Shown: in pieces, positions 15,001 to 25,656 of the stretch
Layout: each line of letters begins with the position of its first letter
Numbering within the stretch: position 1 is the first letter of the stretch
Assembly (NCBI GenBank): GCA_027923505.1
Contig: BROI01000018.1
Span: 372,001-436,000 of the forward strand
Direction of reading: 5' to 3'
Length of the DNA: 64,000 bases
DNA from: Mayamaea pseudoterrestris
Taxonomy: Eukaryota
Program-made: the position numbers and the translations under genes
Notes under the pieces: model-generated
Told to the model about the DNA's origin: nothing
The model's database searches: none
Seen by the model: only the letters and a program-made list of their open reading frames with translations

Positions 15001-16191
15001 ACCTACTTGCTATATTCACGCATAACCACTGGCTGACTGGCTTCCAAATTGGAAAATCTCAACCTTTGACTTTGTCAAACATCTATCCTGATTGCCACGG
15101 CATGCTCAGAATCATGCTTGCTAGGTTGGATCATCACATAAGTCCCAACTGAAACTTTGCTGTGTTTGGCACATGGGACACCCTACTTGTTTCAGTCTCA
15201 GTCACACCACAGCCACTGCCAGAATTGTTGCTGTTTTCAAAGTTCCAAGCCTTGGACCTTGTCAAGCACTTCTGCAGATTGCTGTAGCAGGTTCAGATTC
15301 TTGCTGGCCAGGTTGCATCACTTTACAAATCCCATCTGAAACTTTGATGTGGTGGAACCACTAGGAGGAACCTACTTGCTATATTCACGCATAATCACTG
15401 GATGACTGGCTTCCAAATTGGAACATCTCAACCTTTGACATTGTCAATCATTCTATCCTGATTGCCAAGGCATGCTCAGAATCATGCTTGCTAGGTTGGA
15501 TCATCACATAAATCCCAACTGAAACTTTGCTGTGTTTGGCCCATGGAACACCCTACTTGTTTCAGTCTCAGTCAAACCACATCCTCTGCCAGAATTGCTG
15601 CTGTTTTCAAAGTTCAAAGCCATGGACCTTGTCAAGCACCCTCTGCGGATTGCAGTAGCAGGTTCAGATTCTTGCTGGCCAGGTTGCATCACTATACAAA
15701 TCCCATCTGAAACTTTGATGTGGGGGAATGACTTGTAGGGACCTACTTGCTATATTGACACATAACCACTGGCTGACTGGCTTCCAAATTGAAACATGTC
15801 AACCTTTGACTTTGTCAATCATTTTATTCTGATTGCCAAGGCATGCTCAGAATCATGCTTGCTAGGTTGGATCATCACATAAATCCCAATTGTAACTTTG
15901 CTGTGTTTGGCACATGGAACACTCTACTTGTTTCAGTCTCAGTCACACCACAGCCACTGCCAGAATTGCTGCTGTTTTCAAAGTTCCAAGCCTTGGACCT
16001 CGTAAAGCACCTTCTGCGGATTGCAGTAGCAGGTGCAGATTCTTGGTGGCCAGGTTGCATCACTATACAAATCCCATCGGAACTTTGATGTGGTGGAACC
16101 ACTTGGAGGAACCTACTTGCTATATTCACGCATAACCACTGGCTGACTGGCTTCCAAATTGGAACAACTCAACCTTTGACTTTGTCAAACA
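1..16191. repeat. Tandem satellite array, 371-bp monomer, ~43-44 copies; runs off the left edge of the window
   Basis: The same sequence recurs every 371 bp (ORF-track starts 16, 387, 758, 1129). A few monomers carry indels (~1517, ~2330, ~3817-3895, ~5927, ~6600, ~6700). 371 is not a multiple of 3, and none of the short ORFs continues across successive monomers. Confidence 0.98.
6606..16161. repeat. Higher-order tandem duplication of a 4,778-bp block (~13 monomers): 6606-11383 and 11384-16161
   Basis: Private monomer variants recur at a fixed +4778 offset: gcccagaatcatgctagcaaggtcagatta after 6606/11384, the tcagactttg insertion near 8061/12839, and tgggggaatgacttgtagg near 10943/15721. Identical ORFs occur at 7009/11787, 8068/12846 and 11065/15843. 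Confidence 0.95.
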
Positions 16192-16199
16192 TGCCAAAA

Positions 16200-16882
16200 T
16201 CAGTTTTTAGTCTGTGCTACATGATGGCAGGCCTGGCTGGTGTCTCATTAGACTGCAATGTGACTGTTGAGAACTTCTCACCAGTCTCAGCCCGCAGATG
16301 CTGTGACATTCAATTGCCCCTATGACATGCCCTGTATAAACCCAAATCACACCAGAGCGGTGCCTACATCATGATTCAGTCTGCGCTACATGATGGCATG
16401 CCTGGCTGGTGTCTTAGTAGACTGCAATGTGACTGGTGAGAACTTCTCATCAGTCTCAGCCCGCAGATGCTTTTGACATTCAATTGCCCCTATGACATGC
16501 CCTGTATAAACCCAAATCACACTAGAGCGGTGCTAACATCATTATTCAGTCTGCGCTACAAGATGGCATGCCTGGCTGGTCTCTATGTGATTGGTGACAA
16601 GTTGTCCCCAGTCTCAGCCCGCAGATGCTGTGAAATTCAATTGCCCCTATAACATGCCCTGTATACACCCAAACCACACCAGAATGGTGCCAACTTCATT
16701 ATTCAGTCTGCGCTACAAGATGGCATGCCTGGCTGGTGTCTCAGTAGACTGCAATGTGATTGGTGACAAGTTGTCACCAGTCTCGGCCCGCAGATGCCGT
16801 GACATTCAATTGCCCCTATAACATGCATGTACACCCAAGTCAAACCAGAATGGTGTCAACATCATTATTCTGTCTGCGCTAC
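16200..16882. repeat. Second tandem repeat family, ~169-bp unit, ~4 copies
   Basis: The anchor gctac (followed by a(t/a)gatggca in the first four) lies at 16216, 16385, 16555, 16712 and 16878 (periods 169, 170, 157, 166). The units share a cccgcagatg...ttcaattgcccctat core. Confidence 0.93.
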
Positions 16883-16885
16883 CTG

Positions 16886-18170
16886 TCCAGGGTATGCCAT
16901 TGCCAGGTGCAAAGTCTCAAATGGTGCCAAAAGGACTGCCTGGAGGCTGACACCATGGGTACGGCCTACACTGTGGGTATGGCCAACACCATAAGTTTAA
17001 GATACTTACTTGTCAGATGTCCCATGCCCTGGCCACCTAAAAACCCAATAAATCAAGTAAAACCTTTCCAGGGTGTGCCATTGACAGGTGCAAAGTCTCA
17101 AATGGTGCAACAAGTACCGCCTGGAAGCTGAGGCTGACACCATGGGTACGGCCTCCACTGTGGGTATGGCCAACACCACAAGTTGTAGATTCTTACCTTT
17201 CAAATGCCCCATGCCCTGGCCACCCAACAACCCAATGTGTCAGGCAAAACCTGACCAGGGTGTGCCATTGCCAGGTGCAACGTCTCAATTGGTGCAAAAA
17301 GGACCACCTGGAGGCTGACACCATGGGTACAGCCTACACTGTGGGTATGGGCAACACCATAAGTTTAAGATACTTACTTGTCAGATGCCCCATGCCCTGG
17401 CCACCTAACAGCAAGTACCGCCTGGAAGCCTACACCATGGAATGGTCTGCAGGATGGGTGTGGCCAACACCGCAAGTTATGGAATCATACCACTAGGATG
17501 CCCCATGCCCTGGCCACTCAACGACCCAATGAGTCAGGCAAAACATGTCCAGGGTGTGCCATTGACATGAGCATGGTCTCAAACGGTGCAAAAAGGACTG
17601 CCTGGAAGCCTACACCATGGAATAGTCTGCAGGATGGGTGTGGCCAACACCGCAAGTTATGGAATCATACCACTAGGATGCCCCAAGCCCTGGCCACTCA
17701 ACGACCCAATGAGTCAGGCAAAATCAGTCCAGGGTGAGCCATTGACATGAGCATGGCCTCAAATGGTGCGAAATGGACTGCCTGGAAGCCTACACCATGG
17801 AATGGTCTGCAGGATGGGTGTGGCCAACACCCCAAGTTATGGATTCTTACCTGTCAGTCAGATGCCCCATGCCCCGGCCACTCAATGACCCAATGAGTCA
17901 GGCAAAACATCTCCAGGGTGTGCCATTGACATGAGCATGGTCTCAAATGGTGCAAAAAGGACTGCCTGGAAGCCTACACCATGGAATGGTCTGCAGGATG
18001 GGTGTGGCAATCACCCCAAGTTATGGATTCTTACCTGTCAGTCAGATGCCCCATGCTCTGGCCACTCAATGACCCAATGAGTCAGGCAAAACATCTCCAG
18101 GGTGTGCCATTGACATGAGCATGGTCTCAAATGGTGCAAAAAGGACTGCCTGGAAGCCTACACCATGGAA
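16886..18170. repeat. Third tandem repeat family, ~180-186-bp unit, ~7 copies in two subtypes
   Basis: gcctggaagcctacaccatggaa occurs at 17420, 17600, 17780, 17964 and 18148. The related units at 16886-17410 share ccagggtrtgccattg...ctcaa-tggtgc and atg-cccatgccctggccac. Confidence 0.92.
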
Positions 18171-18446
18171 AAGCTACATTCATATTTATGGCTTTCGTGC
18201 ATCCTTAGAAATGATACAAATCTGAACTCAAGCATTAAATTTGTAGAACATGGAGTGATCCAAGACATAGGTCTGTACAACCATTATCACATTTAAGGAG
18301 CTGCTGGACATCGATGCTGCATGGTCTCAAAGCAAAGGTTCATCACTCATTTAAACGCTAGGTGGCGACAAACAGTAATCTAATCTATATGTACAAATTT
18401 TTAAAAGTTCGGCATCCAGCCCCATCACTCCCCAGCCAGTGACCAA

Positions 18447-20019
18447 TCAAAGTAGCTCCTTGCCTTCAATGTCATTCATCTTGCCACCGTCGCCGTCATT
18501 CATCGCTGTCAAAATGCAGCCGCCCAAAATTAGCAAGCCACCAGCCATGCCAATTGGCGGCATTAGCTCGCCCATGGTAACAAACGCAAAGGCTGATCCC
18601 CAGAGCGAAACGCTTGTCATGAGTACGGTCAGTTCCGACGCGGAAACAATTCTCAGCGCCACAGTCTCCAAGTACAAGGCAAAGGCTGTCGAAACAAGTC
18701 CAGTCCAAAGTAGCGCCTTGACAATGAATGGATCCGTCAACCACTGCATTAAGACGGATATGTCCGGCAAGTCACCCGCGAATCCGCAAAAGGCAGTCGC
18801 TCCAATGCCGAGCGCCACTAGTTGTGCCGCTGTAATGGGACCCGATTGGTTTGGATATTGATGCGATGCTCGTTCCAATCTCCAGTAGCCAATGCCAAAG
18901 AAAATGGCTTGGCAGAGACACAGCAAGTCGCCTTGCGAAACGGCAAACAAGGATGATGGTTCCAAAATATTACTAGCGACTGAATTTGCCGAAGCAAGGA
19001 GTGCAGGCCCGAACTGAAGGAGTGCAACGCCAGCCAAGGCCGTGCCGACGGACACAAAGCCCTTGCCGCCGAGTCGCTTGCCATTGAACAAGACATCGAG
19101 TAGTGGAACAACAATGACGGCAATGGAATTGAAGAATGCGCTCTGCGTGAAAGGTGATTTAATGAGTAAATGAATGAATGGAGCAATTGTATTAAGCATC
19201 AACATAGAGCATGCACGTTCCATCCGCCAAAATGCTTCAAACCTCACAAACAAGTAGACAATTCTATATTCGCACACTCCATTCACATACCTTGCTTGCC
19301 GCCACGTAGTGCAACCCATACGATTGGCAAAGGTAGCCTATCAAGTACCAAGCGCCAACTTCAGCTCCGAGCCACGCGGCTGGAATCCACTCGTTTCTGA
19401 TTGCCATGGCGCTTGCCTTTTCATCGTTACTCAGCGCTGTCGTTGACTGCTGCTGCAATAAACTATCGTTTCGTCTTTGTTGGGACTGATGCTGCCACGC
19501 CACAGTGGTGGTAATGGCCACTGCCGCCAAGACGAATCGCAGCGCCATGGAAACACTCGTCGGTACCACTTGGTCCAGCATTTTCACCGTGGCAAAGTTG
19601 GTGCCAAATATCGCGGCTGCCGCGAGAACGATCAGTCGACCCTGCCACTGCGATAGTGGTGCAGTGGTCGTGGCGTCGTCTGCAGTAGCGATTGTTGTCA
19701 AACTTGGCGCTGTCATGAGCGACTGGAGTTGCAGTGGCATGCCTGTTGCCGCCGGAATGGACTGCTGCTCGTGTTGGTAGTCATTGGAGGAATGGAGTGG
19801 AGCCTCGTGCGCATCGCGGTTCGCACCGCAGGTTGAATTCTGGTGCTGCAGCGACTTGAGAAGGTCGTTCTGCGACATCTCCAGATCCATGAGGGACGGC
19901 GGAGTCGTTGCCACGCTAAGTTGCGAATTCAACCAAAAGGACGGCCCTCGTCTGGTCGGAGCTGACACCACAAAGGCAGTCGAGGATGAAAACCAAAGTA
20001 AGACTACTAGGCGTTTCAT
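18447..20019 (-). CDS. EamA/DMT-superfamily transporter, probably plastid-targeted; 2 exons (20019-19291, 19142-18447)
   Basis: A GT-AG intron at 19290-19143 joins two ORFs to give ...HYVAASK|SAFFNSIAVIVVP. Two EamA-like halves are visible (IFGTNFATVK...ALRF; GDLLCLCQAIFFG...LWTGLVSTAFALYLET). The N-terminus MKRLVVLLWFSSSTAF looks like a signal peptide plus the diatom ASAF-type motif. Confidence 0.85.
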
Positions 20020-20460
20020 GTTTCGATATTGTGAGGAGGTGCGAATGAGGCGTTTGTCACGGAACGTCAAAGCTTGCCTGATAGACGACGCAGCACAATC
20101 CTGCAGCAACAGACGCTCCACCTCTTGTCAATCACCGACACGAAACACTCAGCAGCAAGCAGCAAGTGAAGCTTCTTCTGTCTTGTATGGCTTCACAATC
20201 CGTTGCGCCAGAGCCCACTGACAACTTCTTTCGTCGCGTGACGTGTGCGCGTGTTCGTTTGGCCAAACCAACTTTGTCGTGGCCCGCGCAGACGCGTCGA
20301 ATTGAAACAGCAGGCAATAATAGAAATGACTAATTGAACATTTTTGTTAGTGAAAACGATTAAAAATGACTCATCATGTCGGATTGGTTCTTGAAGCCGT
20401 CGCCGCGCTTGGATCGCTGGCAGCCAAGTTCGCCATGAGGATTCATTTGCTGCTGCAATC

Positions 20461-20747
20461 GGCATCCATTGACTACAGTGTCTAGCTGTCCACAAAGGCA
20501 GGCGAAAAGGATCACGTCACATCCGGTGACCAAGAAGATGATCGTGATGATACTTGGCATGCCAAAATCGTCGCATGGAAGCGGACTTTCACATGAGACA
20601 AAGTGCGACAATCAATCAACCCAGTAATAGACGGCCCAAAGCTTATGGCGATCCGATTTGTTTTCTTTATGATTCAAACAGTGCAGCGGTGGGCGAGTTT
20701 ATGGCTGCCCTTGAAGAGTTCCCCTGTGGACGGGCGCAAGTCCCACG
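20461..20747 (-). pseudogene. Decayed fragment of a silicon transporter (SIT) gene
   Basis: It aligns by eye to 26694-26982 of the intact SIT (gagttcccctgtggacgggcgcaagtcc vs gagttccctgtggacaggcgcaagtcc; gtgaccaagaagatgatcgtgatgat vs gtgaccaagaagatgttcgtgatgat). The translation SPLPCDDFGMPSIITIIFLVTGCDVILFACLCGQLDTVVNGC matches SPLPDAELWGLPSIITNIFLVTGLAMILFTCICGQLNSEVNGC. It has indels and neither start nor C-terminal half. Confidence 0.88.
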
Positions 20748-21200
20748 CACGATTCTAGCCATGCGCCATGCTTAAATGGCTTTCGGCAGTTCGAAAACGC
20801 TCATTGCGCACGCCAATGATCGTCAGGATATGGCTACAAAAGCCTTATGATTTAGCTGTACTTTTCTTTGTTCCTTGCCGGTGCGCTTTTTATTGAAGCC
20901 GTCGACAGTCGACCTACTACTTAGCCAAAGGTGTTGAACGGCCGAGGCAGATTGCGCAAGAAGCTCGAGCGCTGATTCCTGTTTGTCCGTTGCAGTGACA
21001 GTAACAAAACACAGCTGGATTTCGAGAGTATTATGCTCTCTGTCAAGTCTACGCGCGGCATGCCGACCACGACGACAGCGACCGAAAGTCGGTGAGCCAT
21101 CCGACTTTTTCTCGGAGAGCAACATTGCCTATGGCATAAACATTCAATAAAATTGTGCTTTATAATTTGCTATTCACTAAATTTGAGACGTTCGCGCCAC

Positions 21201-23088
21201 TTAATGGTCCGACTTGTCTTCGTCTTCGGTGTGCTCAACCTGCCCTGCATCCATCTTGCGAATCGACGCAATGTACTCCATGACGGCCGGATCCTTGCGC
21301 AAGAGCTTCTTCAGAGACTCTGGAGCATTTTCAATGGAAGTTGGGAGCTTACGCGGGTGTCCTGGACCCAGACCAAGTTGCTCCTCGTCATCCGCATAGT
21401 TTTTGGCGGCACGCTCCTCCGCGGTGCCAATGTAGGCCTCGTCACGCTGAAAATGGGCAATCTTGGCATGAATCTCGGCAAGAACCCAGGCACCAGCGCA
21501 AAGTCCGGTACTTTCCAAAAACAAGCAGATGCGGAGGAAGATGTACGTCATGGGGTTGGACAAAAACGCAATGGGAAAGATCGAAGCCACAAGCTGCCAA
21601 GCAATGGAGCCGACAATGGTTGTGATAAGCGCTCCCAAAAGACCAGTGTTAAAGAGGTTTTGCATTGTGTCGCTGACTCCAAAGAGGTTGTTGCCTTCGC
21701 CTGGAACAATGGAAAGGGACGTGATACGAGCCACCACGAACATGATTGTGACCACGCAGATCTGCCTTCCAACCATAAACGCAGGTAGATTGCGTCCTTC
21801 TCCACGGAACAAAATGTCGCAGACCTTCTTTGCAATGTACGACTCGCCTCGCTGCTCCTTGGTAACTTTGATGACGGCAAAGAAAGCAATCTGCATGCCT
21901 TCCAACAAGCCGACGAAGCTCATGAGGACAAGAAAGACAATAACAGAGACTGCGCTGGGGCAACCTTCCCACATGGTAGTCTTCCCTTGGACGATAGCGG
22001 CAATTGTGACCGCAAAGGCAAAGCAGAGGAGGGCGACCGAAAAGAGGCAGCGGAACCAAAAGAAAACGGCTTGGACTGGTGTACGTGGATCCTCCTTCGA
22101 TTCGACCGGCTTGCCAGCGAGCCAAGCGACCAGCATCTGGATGAGGTAAGACGCGTGCAGAACACCAGAGAACTCAATGGCCATGGCGACGTATAGGGTG
22201 AAGAGGGCAAAATAGTTGGAGACATAGTCGAGCATGCAGTGGCATCCGTTAACCTGAGAGTTGAGCTGACCAATGACGCAGGTGAACAGCACCATGGCAA
22301 GGCCGGTAACCAAGAAAATGTTGGTAAGAATGCTTGGCAGGCCCCATAGCTCGGCTCCAGGAAGAGGGCTTCCGCATTGATTGACAACAAACACAGTTAA
22401 AACAACCCTGTAGAAAGTAGCAAGAGTTAAGTAAGCGAGTATTGATAATGGGAATGGCGCGGCCAGCGACGACGGTAGTCAGCAACGAATGGGGTGCGCT
22501 CCGTGGAAACACTCACATGAACTGCCTTCCTAACAGGTATCTGTCCAAGTTGTCGCCGCTATTCGTGATGCCGGTAATGGTAAAGGCAGTAGGGTGACTG
22601 TCCTTATACAATTGACGCTTTACAGAAACAAGTCCCACGATAGCAGCCTTGTCGAAACAATTGACAATGGGGTGAGATTGCGCGTTAAAAAAGCCTCGAC
22701 ATAGAGTAACAGATGAAACTTTTTATTTTTACATACCTGGCCACCTTCAATCATAGTAAGCCAGATGATTGCTAGCCAGATGACAACAAAAGCGACCGCT
22801 GAGAATGGCGAAGGAACGGTGTGAGCAAGCGAACAAATGGTCGTCATTGGACTGCAAAATGACGGCGTCGTCGTCGACTATAACCGCCGCGCCGGGATCA
22901 CGTTGCCTTTTGACCAGTCATTACGTTAAAATCTGCATCATAGTCGACTTACCTGGATGGCTCTCGCTCGAAATCTTGGTCTGCTGCGTAAAGATCAAAC
23001 CCATGACCATTGCAAGCGAAAAAATCACAAGCCCCATGGAAATGGCTTCCTTGACACGATCAAAGACTGAACGAGTATGGACCGCCAT
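21201..23088 (-). CDS. SIT: Silicon transporter (SIT), copy A; 4 exons (23088-22953, 22798-22737, 22647-22517, 22407-21201)
   Basis: The spliced product MAVHTRSVFDRVKEA...HPAVAF...MIEGGQ|AAIVGL...DRYLLGRQFM|VVLTVFVVNQC...CHCMLDY...LLEGMQIAFF...FMVGRQ contains all four GXQ motifs and CMLD of diatom SITs. Three canonical GT-AG introns keep the frame. Confidence 0.95.
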
Positions 23089-24187
23089 GATATTTTGTAA
23101 ATGAATGAGTTTGGAAAGTAAGCAAGCAAAAGTAAACAGTTCGATGCTTGTCGGACGGTGAAATTGTGATGCTCAAAAGTTGGAGGAAAGTGAAGAATTT
23201 GGTTCGCCGATCAGTAATGCGACATCCGACCAAAGCAGTTGGTAGGAAGTTAGCTCGAACCAACTCGCATTAGGCCCGCATCAATTTAGCTGGTTATATG
23301 AACGTTGCAAAGTGCTGTGCTTGTGCACTCTTATTCAGTGCAGTGCTCGTCATTTATTGAATGCATTTGTTTGCAGTACATTGACTGTTATCCATCGGTA
23401 ACGCCGAGCAGTTGGTCGCTCGCCAATTCTTGAAATGCCATAGCGCGAGCGGGGCCGGTCTTGCCAAACGGATCTTGTGACTGGAGTAAAAAATGTCAAC
23501 TGTGACACGGTGCGCTGTGGGGTCTCGGACAGGCAAGCATTGCAGCACTTCCAAGCTTGCAACATGCTCGTGTGCTAATCGCTTGACTGTGCAATGCGTT
23601 CTGAAATTGTCCATTGTTAAATGCAACGCTGATGAAAGCGCGCTGCTGGTGTCGAGGGATGATGCTCTGAGCACGCACACGGCTAGCTGCTGGCTGCTGG
23701 CTGGATCAATTCATGTTAGCCGAAAAGGTTTTCGCTAAGCGATGCTCATCCCGATTACTTGGCTGCCAAGACCCATTAAAGGAAACGCATAACTACTTGA
23801 TGGCTGCGTGGAGAGTTGTCCGTGATTCGCGGCTCTCGAAGTACGAAACATCTCGTTTCGTCGCTCGACGGACGATGGACCATGGCGACTGGCGACTGGC
23901 ACGCCTAGCACGATCAGAAGATTGGATGCAGCGGCTGTATTGCCCATAATACTTCAAGTATAAATGTACGGTAGTGGCACAGTTCAGCCTATATGGGCAA
24001 GCTCCTTACCTTAAAGCGGCTGCACTGCGTGGACTCGAAATTGTTCGGTTGACGATTGTCAGCCAAAAATACATCATAATTGTCGACTCTGTCTGATGCT
24101 TTTCCATTGTCATAATGAAGACTTTGAACTGAGCAAAATACTTGAGGTATTGGCGGATGCGCTACGATGCTTAAGAACTACTTTCAA

Positions 24188-24339
24188 GCCAAGCATTTCA
24201 CCGGAAGCATGATGGCCGCTTTTTCAGCGCAGCTGACGACTTGTTTCCCATTGCTGCTCTACTCATTGGCCGAACGCTTATACGACGAGTCGCGTCTGCA
24301 CACTGCCAAGCATTTCACCGGAAGCATGATGGCCGCTTT
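24188..24339 (+). repeat. 35-bp perfect direct repeat pair in the SIT intergenic region
   Basis: gccaagcatttcaccggaagcatgatggccgcttt occurs at 24188-24222 and 24305-24339 (117-bp period). Confidence 0.9.
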
Positions 24340-25656
24340 GCGTTTGCGGTGCCCGTGCAAACCGTTTTCGAAATGGTGCCTGTGCAAGTACGAGGGCGTG
24401 TAGTGACTGGAATGAACTGCTGCTTCTCGAAGGATTGCCGGATGGCGACAATGCAACCATTTAGCTTTGTAGAACAAGGCTGTCATGATCTGCAAAGTTG
24501 TCGCTAGTACAAATGGCTCGGTCGCATCACACACCGACCTGAGCGGGAGTCATTACACATCGCATGTCTGGGAAAGGGTGGTATTACCGAGAGAAACGGA
24601 TTATCTTGCTTGGCATTATATGTTTCGATAGCTACGGTCCTTTCGCTGTTACAAGCAACAATCGCAAGGATTATACGCTAACCGCGCACTCACGGTGGCA
24701 GATCCAGTACAAAATTGTTCAAAATGATAAAGGTAAAAGCGCGCGCTCACGGCAACCGAAACGTTCGAGCACGTTTGGCTTTGTCACTCTCTACAACCAA
24801 TGCAAGGTGTTTTATATAATATTAACCAGAGTTCCATGGAGACGATTTTTTGAGATGCTGGAAAGCTATGGCACTTCACGAAAGCCAGCCTCGGTTCAGA
24901 AATACAAGCAAATTTGGCCAACGCATTCATCAAACACTCGGCAACGTCCTCCAAACGTGTCAGATACAGGAATGTCCACTTGAGCAAGAGGGGCCTTTGG
25001 ACGCCAATCGTAGATGAAGGCACATGTGCAATTCGCGCTACAATCAGGAAATCTCATCTTTGGACGATCAATGCTTTCTGGTCTGTCTTTTTTGTTGATT
25101 GGAACGAATAACGGAGACGCGAAACGAGAGGCATTCACTAGTAACACTGAATGCGCTGCCATGCCAAAGAGCCGTCTTGTACGAAGCTTGAGCAGCGGAC
25201 TATGCGCCTCATGCGTACAATCAAAAGTGTCGCACATTCGGTCGAATGGGCACACGACCTGAGAATATGCCCACCTGCTCTTCAAGATGCTTCGATCCAC
25301 TGCGACGCGGCTTCCACTCGTCGCCCGACGAACATTCGCCAATCATTTGCTGATTCTTCAGTTTTAGAACAGGTAGCCGCGCGCGAAGAAGTGATGACGG
25401 GATGCCTACTGACGCGGCTCTCAATGCGGTACGCTCTGCACTCATGGCGCATGTATCGGCTGGCGAAAGAATAGGCGCTTGCGATACTTGGGCGCACACA
25501 GCTTAAACTCTATGCTACATACGCAGTTGTATCAGTTTATGGTAAATTTTGACTATATTTCTCGTCTTATTAAATTACTTTATCACGCATTTATGCAGGA
25601 CAACACATTGCCAGTCACTCGCACGTTTTCTTCACAACGATATAAACTCCATGCAT

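Noticed and set aside
16..16135. Dozens of near-identical 60-110-aa ORFs (MFGPWNTLL..., MMQPGHQ...)
   Set aside because: They are by-products of the 371-bp satellite. They occur in several frames on both strands, many start at GTG/TTG, they are broken at random by stops and indels, and the period is not a multiple of 3.
16467..17737. ORFs of 60-123 aa in the 169/180-bp repeats
   Set aside because: Frames shift between units and no domain is recognisable; they are repeat-derived.
1..18170. CRISPR array, 5S rDNA/snRNA tandem array or telomere repeat
   Set aside because: There are no unique spacers or cas genes and the context is eukaryotic. I recognise no 5S, tRNA or snRNA sequence in the monomers, and there are no TTAGGG-type runs. 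An Rfam scan would be the definitive test.
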